A stretch of DNA of 64,000 nt from Chiloscyllium plagiosum (GCF_004010195.1 NC_057719.1:93445072-93509071), one strand, 5' to 3'. Numbered from the stretch's first letter, positions 1 through 13,470 are shown. The notes: a model not told the origin generated them from the sequence alone. Numbers and translations: made by a program.

Positions 1-82
1 AGGAGAAGGAGAGGAGAAAAGGAGGAGGAGAGAGGGGAGACGGTCGAGGGGAGAGGAGCGAGGGGAGTGGAGAGAGTGGAGA
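1..82. repeat. Purine-rich (GA) low-complexity tract
   Basis: Almost entirely G/A (aggagaaggagaggagaaaaggaggagg...), directly abutting the satellite. Confidence 0.85.
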
Positions 83-2490
83 ATGGTCAATACTGTGTGT
101 GAATAATCCTCTGGCCTGAGGATGGTCAATACTGTTTGGGAAAAATCCTGTGACCTGTCAATGATCAAGCCTGTGTGATCATTGATCCTGCAGCTTTAGG
201 CTGGTCAGTACTGTGTGTGAATAATCCTGTGGGCTGAGAATTTTGAATATTGGGTGTTAATATTCCTGGGACCTGAGGTTGGTCAATACTGGGTGTGAAT
301 ATTCCTTTGGACAGTGTATGGTCAACGCCATGTGCGAATAATCCTGTGGCCTGTGAAATGTCAATACAGTGCGCTAATTACACTTGGCCTGAGGCTTGTC
401 AGTACTATGTGTGAAAATTCCTGTGGGGTGAGGTTGGTCAATACTGGGTGTGAATAATACTTTGGACAGTGAATGGTCAACGCCATGTGTGAATAATCCT
501 GTGGCCTGTGAAATGTCACTACGGTGTGTTAATAACCCTTGGCCTGAGGCTTGTCAATACTGTGTGTGAAAATTCCTCTGGGATGAGGATGATCAATACT
601 GTATGTGAACAATCCTGCAGCCTGAGGATGGTCAAAACTGTGTGTGAATAATCCTGTGGGCTGAGAATGGTCAATACTGTGAGTGAACAATCCTTTGGAC
701 TGTGAATGGTCAGTACAGTGTTTGAATAAACCTGTGGATTTAGGGACATCAACACTTTGTGTGAGTAATTTGTGGCCTGAGGATGGTCAATACTGTGTGT
801 GAATAGACCTGTGGCTGTAGGCTAGTCAATGCTGTATGGAAATATTCCTGTGGACTGAGGAAGTTGAATATTGTGTGTGAATATTCCTGTGGCCAAGATT
901 GGACAAAACTGTATGTGATTAATCCTCTGCCCTGTGAGTCGTCAATACTGTGTGTGAATAACCCATGGCCTGATGATAGTCAATACTGTGTGTGAATAAT
1001 CCTGCGGATTGAGGATGATCAATACAATGCGAGATTAATCCTGTTGCCTGAGGTTGTTCAATACTGTGTGAGAGTAATCCTGTGACCTGTGAATGGTCAG
1101 TGCTGTATGTGAATAATCATGTGGGCTCTGAATGGTCAATAATGTGAGTGAATAATCCGGTGGCCTGAGGATGGTCAACACTGTGTGTGAATAATTCTGT
1201 GATGTCAGGTTTGTCAATACTGTGTGTGAGTAATCCGGTCATCTGAGGATAGTCAATACTGTCTGAATAATCCTGTGGACTGTAAATAGTCAATACTGTG
1301 TGTGAATAATCCTGACGCTTGAGGGTGGTCAATACTGTGTGTGAGTAATTCTTTGGAGTGTGAATGCTAAACACTTTGTGTGAATAATCCTGTGGACTGT
1401 AAATGCTCAACACTGTGTGTGAATAATAATGTGGCCTGTCGATGGTCAATGGTGTTTGTTAATAATCCTGTAGCCTATGTATGTTCCATACTTTGCGTTA
1501 ATAATCTGTGACCTGTGCATGCTCAATAATGTTTGTTAATAGTAGTGTGGCGTGTGGACGTTCAATATTATATGTGAATAATCCTGTGGCCTGAGGGTGG
1601 TCAATACTGTGTGTGGACATTCCTGTGGCTTGAGGATGGTCGAAACTGTGTGTAAATAATCCTGTGAGCTGTAAATGGTCAAGACCGTGTTTTCATTAAT
1701 CTTGTGGCCATAGGCTGGCCAATTCTGTGTGTGAATATTCCTTTAGCCTGAGATTGGACAATAGTATGTGTGATTAATCCTCTGACATGTAAATCGTCTA
1801 TACTGCGTGCGAATAACCCTTGGCTTGGGGATGATCAATACTGTGTGTGAATCATCCTGTGGCCTTAACATGGTCAATGCTGTGTGTGAATAAAGGTCTG
1901 GGCTGTGAATGGTTAATTCTATGAGTGAATAATCCTGTGGTTTTAGGATGGTCAATACATTGTGTGAATAATCCTGAGGCCTGAGTGAGAGGGTGTAGAA
2001 TACTGTGTGTGAATAATTCTGAGGCCTAAGAATGGCCAATATTTTGTGTGCATAATAATGTGGCCTGTGGATGGTCAATGCTGTGTGTTCATAATCCTGT
2101 GTACTGTGAATACTCAATGCTGTGTGTGAATAATGCTATGGCCTGAGGGTAGTCAATACTGTGTGTGAATAAACCTGTGCCCTGTGCATGGTCAATACTG
2201 TGTGTGAATAATACTGTGGCTTGAGAATGGTCAATGCTGTGTGTGAATAATGCTGTGGCCTGAGGGTAGTCAATACTGTGTGTGAGTAAACCTGTGCCCT
2301 GTGCATGGTCAATACTGTGTGTGAATAATCCTGTGGCCTGAGTATGGTCAATACAGTGTGAGTAATCGTGTTGTCTGAGGATGGTCAACACTGTGTGTGA
2401 AGAAGCCTGTGGCCTGAAGATGGTCATTTCTGTGTTTGATTAATCCTGTGTTCTGAGGATTGACAATACTTTGCGTGAATAATCTTGTGG
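83..2490. repeat. Tandem satellite, 39-bp unit (consensus ATGGTCAATACTGTGTGTGAATAATCCTGTGGCCTGAGG), about 60 diverged copies
   Basis: Head-to-tail units with no unique spacers. The 13-codon period explains the minus-strand ORFs that repeat HTVLTILRPQDYS or PQATGLFTHSIDH. Confidence 0.97.
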
Positions 2491-3099
2491 ACACTGAAGT
2501 GGGGGTTTTGGATGAGCAGCTGATTGATCCTCTCCCTCGAACGCCCCTCCCTATCTCTGCATCACCTCCAGCTGCAGCAATTTGTACTGGCTTTGTAACA
2601 CCGTTCAGGCCCTGGCCCCTCTCTGTAACACTCTCACCACCTCCAGCACTTCACCTCTCCCCCGTTCCTGTCATGTCATTCAGCCCTGACAATGATTCCC
2701 CTTCCCACAGCCCTCCTCCTGCTATCAGACCCTTCGCAATCCAGTTAACACTTACTCCTGAAGCACTCTCACTTCTGGACTTTATGCACTTTTTGCTGAT
2801 CTTGTCAACCTGATAATCTAATATGATCCATTTTGTCTTGAATGAGGGCCTTGTGGGGATATGCTGCTGAGGTTTTGTCTGTTTCAATGGAATGTACTTT
2901 TGTTGAGTGTTTTACGCTGTTCCTTCAAATGTTTTCCACTGTTCATTTACAGGCACATATTTCAGTCTGTTTAGCCTGTTTACCTTGGTCACTTCTCCTG
3001 TCAAACTTATGCAATTGGCTATTTTTGTTTCTCATTGTAACTTGTCCTTTCTGTGATTCACCTTAAAACTTTGTATTTCTTTAAATTGCGCGTTCTCAC

Positions 3100-3900
3100 A
3101 ATTTCCCGGAGGATCTCCCCAGGCGACATTACTCATTCACATAGTTACGTTCCTAGCCAGTTGCACAATTATTCAAAGAAACACTGATTTTTTTTTTTTG
3201 GGACTCTACTTCCAATATCACTCTCGTCAGTGTGATTGTCCCAGATTATGCGAATATTGAAATTTCCCAAAATTATCACAATATGTTTGTTAAAAAATTT
3301 GAATGAGTTCCTGTTTAATGCAGTGATGAGCAATGAAATGCTGCTCGGTCGTCTAAAACTGTTCTGATACTTGTGTCCTTGGCAAGTAGTAGCCAGAAAT
3401 TACATTCAGACTGACACTACTTCATGATCTGCGGCCCAATGCTTTCTCTGTAATGCCTTTGTTACCCATTATTGTTCGCGTTGCCCATTTTTCCTGAGTT
3501 TCAACAAGGTTGTGAATATCTTTGTTCGCCCTGTAACAACGTCTCTCTGGTGTCTAAATCTCTTCATATCTCTGTGTCACAAATCCATCTACCTTATTGC
3601 AGAAGCTTTTGTCCATTCGAAAAAAGACATAATTTACTCTTTGCCACAATGTCCTGTCACAACACTATTCACTGATGTACAGTATTAGTTAAACTCTGTC
3701 CCTTCCTGTTCCTTTCTGCTTGTCTTAAGTCACATCCCTATGTTGTTCTGATGCTTCACCTTTTCTCTTCCGATTTGGAAAGCTCCTTTCACCTGAACCC
3801 TGTTCCTGCATCCTCTCTGTCAGTTTAAAACCCTGTACATAAACCAATCGACAAGATTGGCCAGGACACTGGTCCAAGCACAGTTCCAGTGGGACCATCC
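3100..3900 (-). mobile_element. Old CR1 LINE fragment (end of ORF1 esterase and start of ORF2 endonuclease)
   Basis: Minus strand shows degenerate DGxHxNxxGTxVLA-type (3850-3900) and I.MGDFN...W-type (3230-3285) motifs, collinear with the CR1 at 57754-61950. Confidence 0.6.
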
Positions 3901-3924
3901 TAATGGATATTTTTAAAAATCAAG

Positions 3925-4272
3925 TATGTGATGTGGGTGTCTCTAGCTGACCAGCCTTTATGCCCAACCCTAGCTGCCCTAGAGCTGACTAACTTGCTCG
4001 GTCATTTCAGAGGGCATCTGAGAGGTAAACACTTTGCTGTGGGTATTTCGTGCAGACCACGTGAGGATGGGCAGATGTCTTTCTCGAAAGGACAAGTGTT
4101 TGGGTTTTTGCACATCAGGAATGGTCCCATACTTATTTATGAATTGTTATTTGCTATTTTAAAAATTATTGATTTCACATTCCAGACGTGGGATTCAAAC
4201 TTGTCTCCACTAAACGTTAGCTAAGGTTTTGGATACGTGCTCGAGCAATAACACCACTCGGCCATCACTTCA
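3925..4272 (-). mobile_element. tRNA-derived SINE, SacSINE1/Deu-SINE-like
   Basis: Reverse complement has a tRNA-like head (gatggccgagtggtgttattgctc...gtttgaatcccac) and the 3' gggcaxxxagggxtgggcataaa...acacccacatc tail. Related copies lie near 13495, 25845, 34048, 42640 and 54840. Confidence 0.65.
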
Positions 4273-5548
4273 CCGCATCTCAGGATGCTCATCCCTGAGC
4301 ACTGATACTAGTGCATCCTGAAGCAAAACCCGTTCTTCTGACACAATTGTGTGATCCTGATAACTTCCTGCACTCTGGAGATATCACTCAGTCTCTCTCC
4401 ATGTGATATTACTCACAGTGAGGGTCTAATTGCTACCACTGTCAGCGCCTCTCGCTCTTGCAGCTATTCCCGATCATGAGCCAAAGAATTCTCCACTCTA
4501 GCCAGATGCAACAACACAGGCCAAGGATGGAAACTGGGATTTTCCAGATCTCTGTGGGGCACAGTGCCATTCTCCCTGTGTAACCCTCACTGCATCAGTC
4601 TAAATTCCCATTCTGTCTCTCTCTCTCTGTCTCCTGTTGGTACTCAGGAAGTCCAGGACTCAATTCACTTCCCAGCTGCTGGGTATCTCGTCCATCACCT
4701 CTTTGAAGATGGTGGGTCAGCCAGAGAGACTAAAGGAAGGGAGATCTGGAGCCTTCAATAACTCCTGCGGTGAGGTAAGATCACTCAGTGCACAGAGCAG
4801 ACAGCAATGAGAGAGCTCCAAACTTCGGTAACAAGGTATGATATGGATACAGTGCTGGAGGGGGAGCACAGTGCAGGCACACCTCAGTGTCAATCACCAC
4901 TTCGAACCTATGTTATACTGAGACAGCATCGGGAGACAATCCTGAAGTTATCAATGCAGGCCTGTGCTGTCTTCGTGAGCATCAGTACAACAGAGCGGAA
5001 AGCAGGCCTTCCATGTGAGAGTGGGAATAATGCTTGGGATCTTTCTGTTCTGTGTTCCCTCTCCATCACTGAATTTATGTCATGTCTCATCGCCCAGTAT
5101 CTTCAATAACTTGTAACTCCGAAAACAGTTCCCGTCCCTGTAACCTCTACCCTTCCCTATGGTCCCTCCACACATCTGAAACGTACCTCATTCAAGAATA
5201 GCATCCCTATCGCTGTAACATCCTTCAGTGTCGACCACACGCCTTACCTGAGTAGTCTCCTCCTCCAATAACTGGAGACAGAGTCATGCGGCATGGAAAC
5301 AGAACCTTAGGTCCGACTAGTCCATGCTGACCACGGTTTCCCAAACTGATCGTGTTGCTCTTGTCTGCTTTTAGCCCATATCCCTTCAAAACTTCTCCTC
5401 TCAGTGTGCCTGTCGAAATGTCTTTTCCATGTTTTAATTGTTCTTATTTCTCCCATATGCCTCTGGCAGTTCATTACATACCTGCACCATCCTCTGTGTA
5501 AAAATATTGCCCCTCAGATCCCTCTTTAAATCCTTGCTCTCTCACCTC

Positions 5549-6610
5549 ACATTGAACCCTTAATCAGTATCCTGTTCCTGCCTTATCTCCATAACCCTTG
5601 ATTCCACAATCCTTGAGAGCTCTATTCAACACTTTCTTAAATGAAACCAGATACTGGGCCTCCACTGCCCTCTGAGGCAGAGCATTCTCTGAGTGAAGAA
5701 GTTTCTCCTCATCTCTGTCCTAAATGGTCTTCCCCGTATTTTTAAGCTGTGTCCTTTGGGTTCGGCACTCACCCATCAGCGGAAACATGTTTCCTGCCTC
5801 CAGAGTTTCCAATCTTTTAATAATATCACATGCCTCAATCAGATACCCCCTCAGACTTCTAAACTCAAGAGTTTAAAAGCCCAATCGCTCCAGTCTTTCA
5901 GCGTAAGGTAGTCCCGCCATTCCAGGAATTAACCTCGTGAACCTACGCTGCTCTCCCTCAATAGCCAAAATGACTTTCCTCAAATTTGCAGACCAGAACT
6001 GCACACAATAGTCCAGGTGTGGTCTCACCAGGGCCCTGTACAGCTGCAGAAGAACCTATACTTTGCTTCTATACTCAATCCTTGTTGTTATGAAGGCCAG
6101 CATGCTATTAGCCTTCTTCACTACCTGCTCGACCTGCATGCTTACCTTCATTGACTGGTTTACAAAAACACCCAGATCTCTTTGTACTGCCCCTTTACCT
6201 AAAGTCATTCCTTTTAGGTAGTAATCTGCCTTCCTGTTCTTGCCAGCAAAGTGGATAACCATACATTTATCCACATTAAACTGCAACTGCCATGCATCTG
6301 ACCAATCACCTAACCTGTCCAGATCACCCTGTTATCTCCTTACAGCCTCCTCACATCTCTCCCTGCCACCTAGCTTAGTATCATCAGCAAATTTGCTAAT
6401 GTTATTATTAATACCATCTTCTATATCATTAATATATATTGTAAAAAGCTGCAGTCCCAGCACTGATCCATGTGGTATCCCACTGATCACTGCCTGCCAT
6501 TCCGAAATGGAGCCTTTTATCACGACTCTTTGTTTCCTGTCAGCCAACCGACTTTGAATCCAAGTTAGTACTTTGCCCCCAATACCATGCGCTCTAATTT
6601 TGCTCACTAA
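5549..6610 (-). mobile_element. 5'-truncated CR1 LINE, reverse transcriptase 3' portion (relatively young, premature stop)
   Basis: ORFs 6332-6607 and 6056-6286 are in the same frame: RKQRV...SGIPHGSVLG..LFTIYIND...KFADDTKL...QFNVDKC...RDLGV. The element is absent from the inverted paralog near 40200-40290. Confidence 0.95.
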
Positions 6611-9600
6611 GTTTGGTCACTCCGTAGCCTCCTCTCTCCAGGGCAAATGTTGAGGACGATGTTACAAATATCTCCAATTCACATACTCAATGATCTGATG
6701 CATGACGACAAGTGTGCCAATTGCCGCATACACCACTCTGTCCAACTGTGATGCCACTTCCAAGGAACAACGTAACTGCTCCCCTTTGTCTCTCTCTCTG
6801 TTCAATAACACTGTCCAGGGCCCGACCATTAACTGCGTTAGTGTTCCCTGGTTTGTCTTAACAAAATCCATCATTTGAATTAAACTCCATCTTTCATTCC
6901 TTGGCCCACTGGCTCAGTTGGTCAAGATCCCCTTCGATAACCGTATATGCTACCCACTACACCATTAATTTGATCATCCACAAATTTACTAACAATAACT
7001 CCTATATTCTCAACCACATCATTTATGTAGATGATGGACATCAGTCGACCCAGCACCAGTCCTTATAGCACACCGCTGGTCACAGGCCTCCAGTCAGAAC
7101 AACAACCTTCTCCCACCACCCTCTGTGTCCTATTGTCAAGCCAATTTTGTATCCAGTTGGCTAGCTCTCCTTGATCCCGTGTGATCTAACCTTACAAACC
7201 AGTATATCATGCTAAATCCTGTCAAAGGCCCTGCTGACGTTAGTGTAAGCAATGCATGGTCACCACTTCAACAAAAGCAATCAAGTTAGTGAGACCTGAT
7301 TTTGTCTGCACAATGCTGTGCTGACTATCTTTCATCAATCCTGGCCTTTCCAAATGCATGTAACTCCTGGCTGGCAGAATCACTTCCACAACTTACCCAC
7401 CAATAACATCCGCATAATTAGTCTTCAGTTCGCTGACTTTCCATCACAGACTTTCTCAAGTAATGGAGCAGAACTATATTCTTGTCATATTCGTACAGCA
7501 TGGAAACTGACCATTCAGTTGATACCAACCATAATCTGAAACTAAACTCGTCCCAGCTGCCTCTTGCTGCCCCATATCCTTCCAGCCCTTCGCTATTCAC
7601 GTACTTATCCAAATGTCTTTTAAATGTTGTAATTCCACCAACATCTACCCCTTCCTGGGGAAGTTCATTTCACACTCAAATCGCACTCTGTAACAATTTG
7701 CCCCCGTGTCTTTTTTTTTGAACATCTCTCTCCTCTAACCATAAAAACGTGGCCCCTCCACTTTAGACTCACCCCATCCTAAAGAAAAGGCAACTGCCAT
7801 TAACTCTATCCATATACCTCATTTTTTTCATAAACTTCTATACGATAATCTCTCAACCTCTAGGCTCCAGTTAAAAAAAGACTCAGCCTATCCAGCCATT
7901 TTTCAGAACACAAGCCTTCCATACCCGGCAACGTCCTTGTAAATCTCTTTAGAATCCCCTGCAGCTTAATAATATCCTTTCTGTAACTCGGCAACCGGAA
8001 CTGGGCAGAGTATTGCAGAAAAGGGCTTACCAATGTCCGTGCAATCTTACCATGACGTCCCAAATTCTCCACTCAATGCAATGAGCAATAGTCAAGCGTG
8101 CCAAGTACTGACTTATCCATCCTGTGATGCAAACTTCAAAAATTATCTACCTGAGCCTGGAGGTCCTTCTTCTCTAAAACACTAACCGAGGCCCTAACGT
8201 TAATTGTATAAGCTCTGCCCTTGTTTGTTTTTCCAAATGCATTAATTTGCATTTATTCAGATTGAATTCCATCTACAGTTTTTTTAGCCCATTCGCCCGT
8301 ATCATCAGGAGCTCTTTGTAATTTTAGAAAACCTCATTCACTGTCCACTATTCCACCCTCCAGCCTTCCAGCTCATCGCACATGACTGCCAATGATACAA
8401 ATATTTTTGCTCGGGGCTCCACAATCACTTCCCTAGCCTCCCACATTGTCGTGTGATACACTTAATCAGATCCTGGGTCTTTCCTTACATTTGTGTTTTT
8501 AAAACTCCAGCACCACCTCTTCTATAACATGCACTCTTTTCAAGTCATAAAGATGAACACAGAGATCCTCCAGTCCAACTCGTCCATACTGATAACAAGG
8601 TCTAAATAAATCCATCACACTTATCAGCATTTTGCCCATGTAACTCTGAACCCTTACTATTGATATACACACCCAGATACCTTCTAAATGTTGTTATAGT
8701 ATAAGTATCTTACTTTCTCTCTCTTACCTCATTCCATACATGCATCACCGTGTGCATGGAAAAGCTGTCCCTTAGGTATCTCTTAAACATTTGCCCTCCA
8801 GTTTTGGACTCCCCAACTCCTGCGAAAGGACCTTTAATGTTTACCTTATCCATGCCCCTCATGTTAATATAAACTTCTTTCAGGTCACCTTCAGTCACCG
8901 ATGCTTCAGGGAAAGTAACCTTAGCTTATTCAGCAACAACCTGGCAAAATCTTGTAAATCTTTTGTGAGCCCTTTCAAGTTTCACAACATCCTTCCTATA
9001 GCAGGGAGAATGGAATTGCAGAGTTATCCAATTGTGGTCTAACATATTACTCTTTTGTTCCCTGAGTTCCCCAGTTTTTCTCCACAGCAAGTTCTGGAGT
9101 GAAGAAAAATTGTTTAGTGTCTTAGCCATATTCTGCAGATGGAAAGTTAAATAAAACCCTACGATAACAGTCCTTTTATTAGGATTGATATTTGAGATCT
9201 CCTGACATTTGTTCATCAATCTCCCACTGATTATTCGGTGTCAATTTTATCCAACTGATGACCCATTCTTATTTCTCTGTTCCACTAACATAGCTTCACT
9301 GGGCGATCCCACAGGATTATCCTCTCAAAATGCTGCTGTGATGATTTATGCAATCAAAATCAAAATCAAAACCTACCATCACACATCCTCTCTTGCCTCC
9401 CCTTCGATGCTTCCTGTAGCATCCCTACCTTGAAACAATGAGCTGCCAGTCCTGCCCCTCCCTCAGCTATGTTTCTGTAATCTCCCAATTCCATGTTCCA
9501 ATCCATGCCCTGAGTTCACCTTCCTTAGCTGTGAGACCCTTTGCATTTGAAATAAATGCAGTTTAATCATCAGTTTTCCCCCAATTCCCTGCTATGCCCT

Positions 9601-9640
9601 TGCCTGTCTTGTCTGTTGAAATTACTGTCTTTAAATTGTG
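6611..9640 (-). mobile_element. Patchwork of older CR1 LINE fragments (RT, 3' UTR and endonuclease pieces)
   Basis: Degenerate RT motifs (LVSPFLQYSAQFRLPSYRKDIIKL at 7860-8072; PCYRKDVVKLER near 8950-9030) and endonuclease-region sequence at 9050-9640. Confidence 0.85.
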
Positions 9641-12600
9641 CACCAGCCGTTAGCAGGAATTCATTTACAGGCAGCAAACAGAGTTGGTAATGTAAATATG
9701 GTTACAGTCAGCACACTGAATATACTTGCAGCAAGGGCAGTACAGTAACTGTGTGTGACAGTGGACTCCATCCCGACAGGATAACTAACGAGTATCAGAG
9801 CTGTAATGGATTGAATCCTGGATTGAATACGAGATGGCTTTCTGTAATAGCATGTCAACGAGCCATCAAGAGAATGCGCTAGTCCAGATCAAATGAGAAA
9901 TATTTATAATCTCATTTTAAAAGACCTTTGTGAGCGGAGAACCCTATTATTATTGAATCATTTTCTGAGTTCGAAAGAGATTGAGTTAAGATCGTGACAC
10001 TTGGAGTGATGGCCATTTGGCCTATCGAGTATGTTCTGCTCTTCAATGTGATCGTGGCTGCTTTGAAAATCTCCAAGTCTACTTTCCTGCCTTTTCCACT
10101 TAATCCTTGTTTGCCAGATTAATTGAAATCTGATTTCAATAACTGATGCCATCAGACTAATATTTGTGCTACTCCAGTAGATACATTTTTTTTCGTAAAG
10201 ATTGATTAATCCTAAATATCTGGTTTCTATATGTTCACCAATTGTCATCCCATGCTAATACATTATCCGTCATACTCTGAGCTCCTGTATTGTGTAAGAA
10301 CCTTTATTTTGGGATGCCGTGTGGAAAATCTCTGGACAGCCTCGGGTCTAACTGTTCCACTTTATTAAGTCCGCTTGTTACATTCTCAGGGATCTCCAGA
10401 AAAACCTTGCATAATTTATTGGGCAAAATATAGATACCCTTCACAAAACATTGCCGACTTTTCTAAACGCCCTGCAATTCGTTCCTTAATAACAGACTCT
10501 AGCAGATTCCCAGCAATGATGGTTAACTAATTGGTTCCTGCTTCCTGCTCTCTTGAAGACAGGCACGACATTGGAGGGTCTCCAGTTTTTTTGGAACACG
10601 TCTGTAATCCAGAGAGGTATAGAATATTTCACACAGTGCCAACAGTCACTTTGTAACTGCTGCTTTTAAAACCATCAATGACTTACTGCTGACCTGACAG
10701 CCCTTAGTCTTATCTTTTTGTTAAAAAAAACTTGTTCCTTTTGTTAGAGACATTTCAAGAACTTCCCTCCTGTGTTTATGTCATTGAAACACTTAGAGTG
10801 CCTTCCCTTGTGAGAAACAATGTAAATATTGGTGTAAGCTATCTGCCTGTTTCCTGTAGCCAGGTCCCCAGTCACACACTCTAAATGCCCTCATTATACT
10901 TTCCTGACTTTCTTTCACACACTCATCTTGAACTGTTTTATAATTACATTCACGGAAAAGCTAGTGTTGCTTGTTTTTTATATTTCTTGCCAATTTGCTT
11001 ACATCATATCTTTCCTTCCTTTTTTCCTTGCTTTCTAGATTCATACAGTCACATCGCGCTCAAACAGACCCTTTGGTCCAACTTGTCCATGCTGGCCAGG
11101 TTTTCGAAATTAAATGAGTCCCATCTGCTTGCACTTTGCCCATATGCCTCTAAATGTTTCCCATTCATGTGCTTGTCCAAATGTCTCTGAAATTTTGTTG
11201 CTGTAATTGCATCTGCCACTCTTCCCTTTGCAGCTCATTCCATGAACATACCAGCCTCTGACTGAAAATGTTTCCCCTTCGTCCCATTTAAATGTTCCCC
11301 CTTTCACCGTAAAGATATATCCTTCATGTTTGAACTCCCCAGCACTGTGAAAAAGACATTGTCTATTCACCCGATCCACGCCTTCCATGTATTTATAAAC
11401 GTCTATAATGTCTTCCCTCAACCTCCTGCACTCCATCTGATACTAGCATCAAGAACTGTTATTAAAAGCAAGCACTGCAAATTTGAAACAATATTAAAAG
11501 CGAATGGTAAACAACACTTAGTCCAAAACTTGTTACTGTGATTTGGTTTTCTCCATGTTACAATACGAAGGCAGCTTGAAACGCTGACTAGTGACAATAA
11601 GAAATGAAACGCCTGAATTCCTTTGTCTAAAGGGGGTGGTGATCTCTAAAGTGAAAGCGTATCCCAGGCCAGATCGATATAATACCGTTTGGTCAACATT
11701 CTCCCTCTTTCCCTCCCTATGACCGGGTGTGGTTGTGTCTTCTTTATCTCACACGCAAAGAGAAAAAACCCTTCCCCCATTCACACCTTAAGTTAAACCC
11801 ATTTTACATCATAATTTTTTTCACCACTGCTAAAAGCCCGTCTGTCTTTAGCCACGCCATCTTTCCCCAGGCACCCATTCCCCCACCTCTATCAAAGTTT
11901 TAAAAAGTACAGATTCCAATCTTCTTCGTTTCTGAATAAGTGACACACTGGACTTGTTACATTAACTCTGTTTCTTTCTCTATGCTGATGCTGCCTGACC
12001 TGCTGAGTTTCACCAGAAATGAATAAGTACAGCACAAAGTTTCAATTAAACAATTAAATATGGATACTGGAGATAAAACTGCAAAAATTGCTGGAGAATC
12101 CATTTGTAGAATGGATTCTCCACCGAAAGATTAACTCTTCTTTCACTCCAGAAGATGCTGCGAGACCTCTTTCATCTCCCCAGCAATTTCCTTTTTTGCC
12201 GAAGTACCAACAACGTGTACCAAAGAAGCTCAAATGCCCTGTCCAACACAGAATGCCATACACTGGGAAGTGAACGATAATGCATGTTGCACAAACTCCT
12301 TCGTTCGGAAACTACATAAGGTTGGCATCACTGATACTACAGACCTCTTAATCATGGGGAGGGAGAGAAACAGTGGGAAACATATTCACTTCAAACACGA
12401 AAGCTGGCATTGAGGGAATGGAAAAGATTCAGATGGATATCTTAAAGGGTTTGAATAATGTAACAATTTGGAGGAGTGACACCAGGGAGAGACCATTATC
12501 AGAATGAGAATATGAAGGTTGAAGTGCTACCGCATGAAAAACCAGGTGAGGTCACTGAGTACAGGGATGATGGGTGAAAGGGTCTCGGTGTGGACCGGGA

Positions 12601-12779
12601 TACAATCAGTAGAATTGAATTGCAGATTTTGCAGATCAAACTGGGTTGTAATGTGATGCTGTAGATCACAGCAGCAGAAGCAGCTGAATTGCATTCAGTC
12701 ACAATTTGTAACTTTCTCCCCGTGATAATCCATCAGTCTACCATTACCATCACGCTGATCTATGGTTCAGTGACGACTG

Positions 12780-13470
12780 TGGGTGAACATGCCAGGGTCA
12801 GAATCATGTGTACCTAAACTTGATGACAACCCATTAAAGCAACGCCATTTGACTAGTTAAAATCCAAACAGCAGAACTAACAACTGATGAAGGGGTAGAA
12901 CTGATCCCACGACTAACAGCTAAGATCTAAGCTCTGTGGTCCTGCCAGAGCCAGGCACAAATGTCGATATACTGTTAAGCAACTTACTGGAGGTGAGAAC
13001 TCGATAAATATCCCCATCCTAAATAATGGAGCAGCCCAGTACATCAGGGTAAAAGACAAGGATATAGTATCTGCACCATCCTCAGCCAGAAGTGTTGAGT
13101 CATTGATCTACCTCATCCTTGCCATGATCCCACAGAATCACAGATGCCAGTCTTCAACCAATTCGATTTGCTGCACTTGACATAAAGAAACAGCTGAACA
13201 CAGTAGATACGACAAAGGCACTGGGCCCTGCAATAGGACTGAAGACTTGTACTGCACAACATGCTATGTCCCTGGGGACGCTGTTTCATTCCAGCTCCAA
13301 CTCTGATATCTCACTGGCAAGTGGAAAATTACTCAGCTGTGTCCCGTCCCCTAAGAGGGGAATGATTACAATTTGAATAATTACCACCACGTTAGTGCCA
13401 TCACGACAGTCAGATTGGTGGCAGTTATTTTTGACAGAGCTGTCAAGTTTCACAGATAAAATCTGCTCAG
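12780..13470 (+). mobile_element. LINE fragment (CR1/L2 group), N-terminal part of RT region
   Basis: Degenerate DTTKA.GP...GLKTC....LG.LF motif. The paralogous ORF 33722-33964 reads KAMGPDTIPAIGLKTCA...LGKLF. Confidence 0.75.

Larger units (their letters stand above)
4440..9640 (+). repeat. Segmental duplication block A (inverted paralog at 35820-41380)
   Basis: Collinear reverse-complement homology including unique sequence, e.g. 4690-4760 gaagatggtgggtcagccagagagactaaaggaagggagatctggagccttcaat vs 41065-41125. The same order of nested repeat fragments is shared. Confidence 0.93.

Noticed and set aside
519..2427. Minus-strand ORFs of 60-124 aa in the satellite
   Set aside because: Explained by a stop-free 39-bp unit; the frame is broken repeatedly.
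83..2490. Possible CRISPR array (regular short repeats)
   Set aside because: Units are contiguous with no unique spacers, there are no cas genes, and the context is vertebrate.
6240..6557. Plus-strand ORFs over CR1 RT (also 14826-15176, 35385-35795, 59213-59512)
   Set aside because: Antisense shadows of LINE coding sequence.
9661..9858. Hydrophobic 65-aa minus-strand ORF as a candidate GPCR exon 2 piece
   Set aside because: No class A GPCR motifs (TM2 D, DRY/DRF, NPxxY-like), too short, and no clear acceptor.
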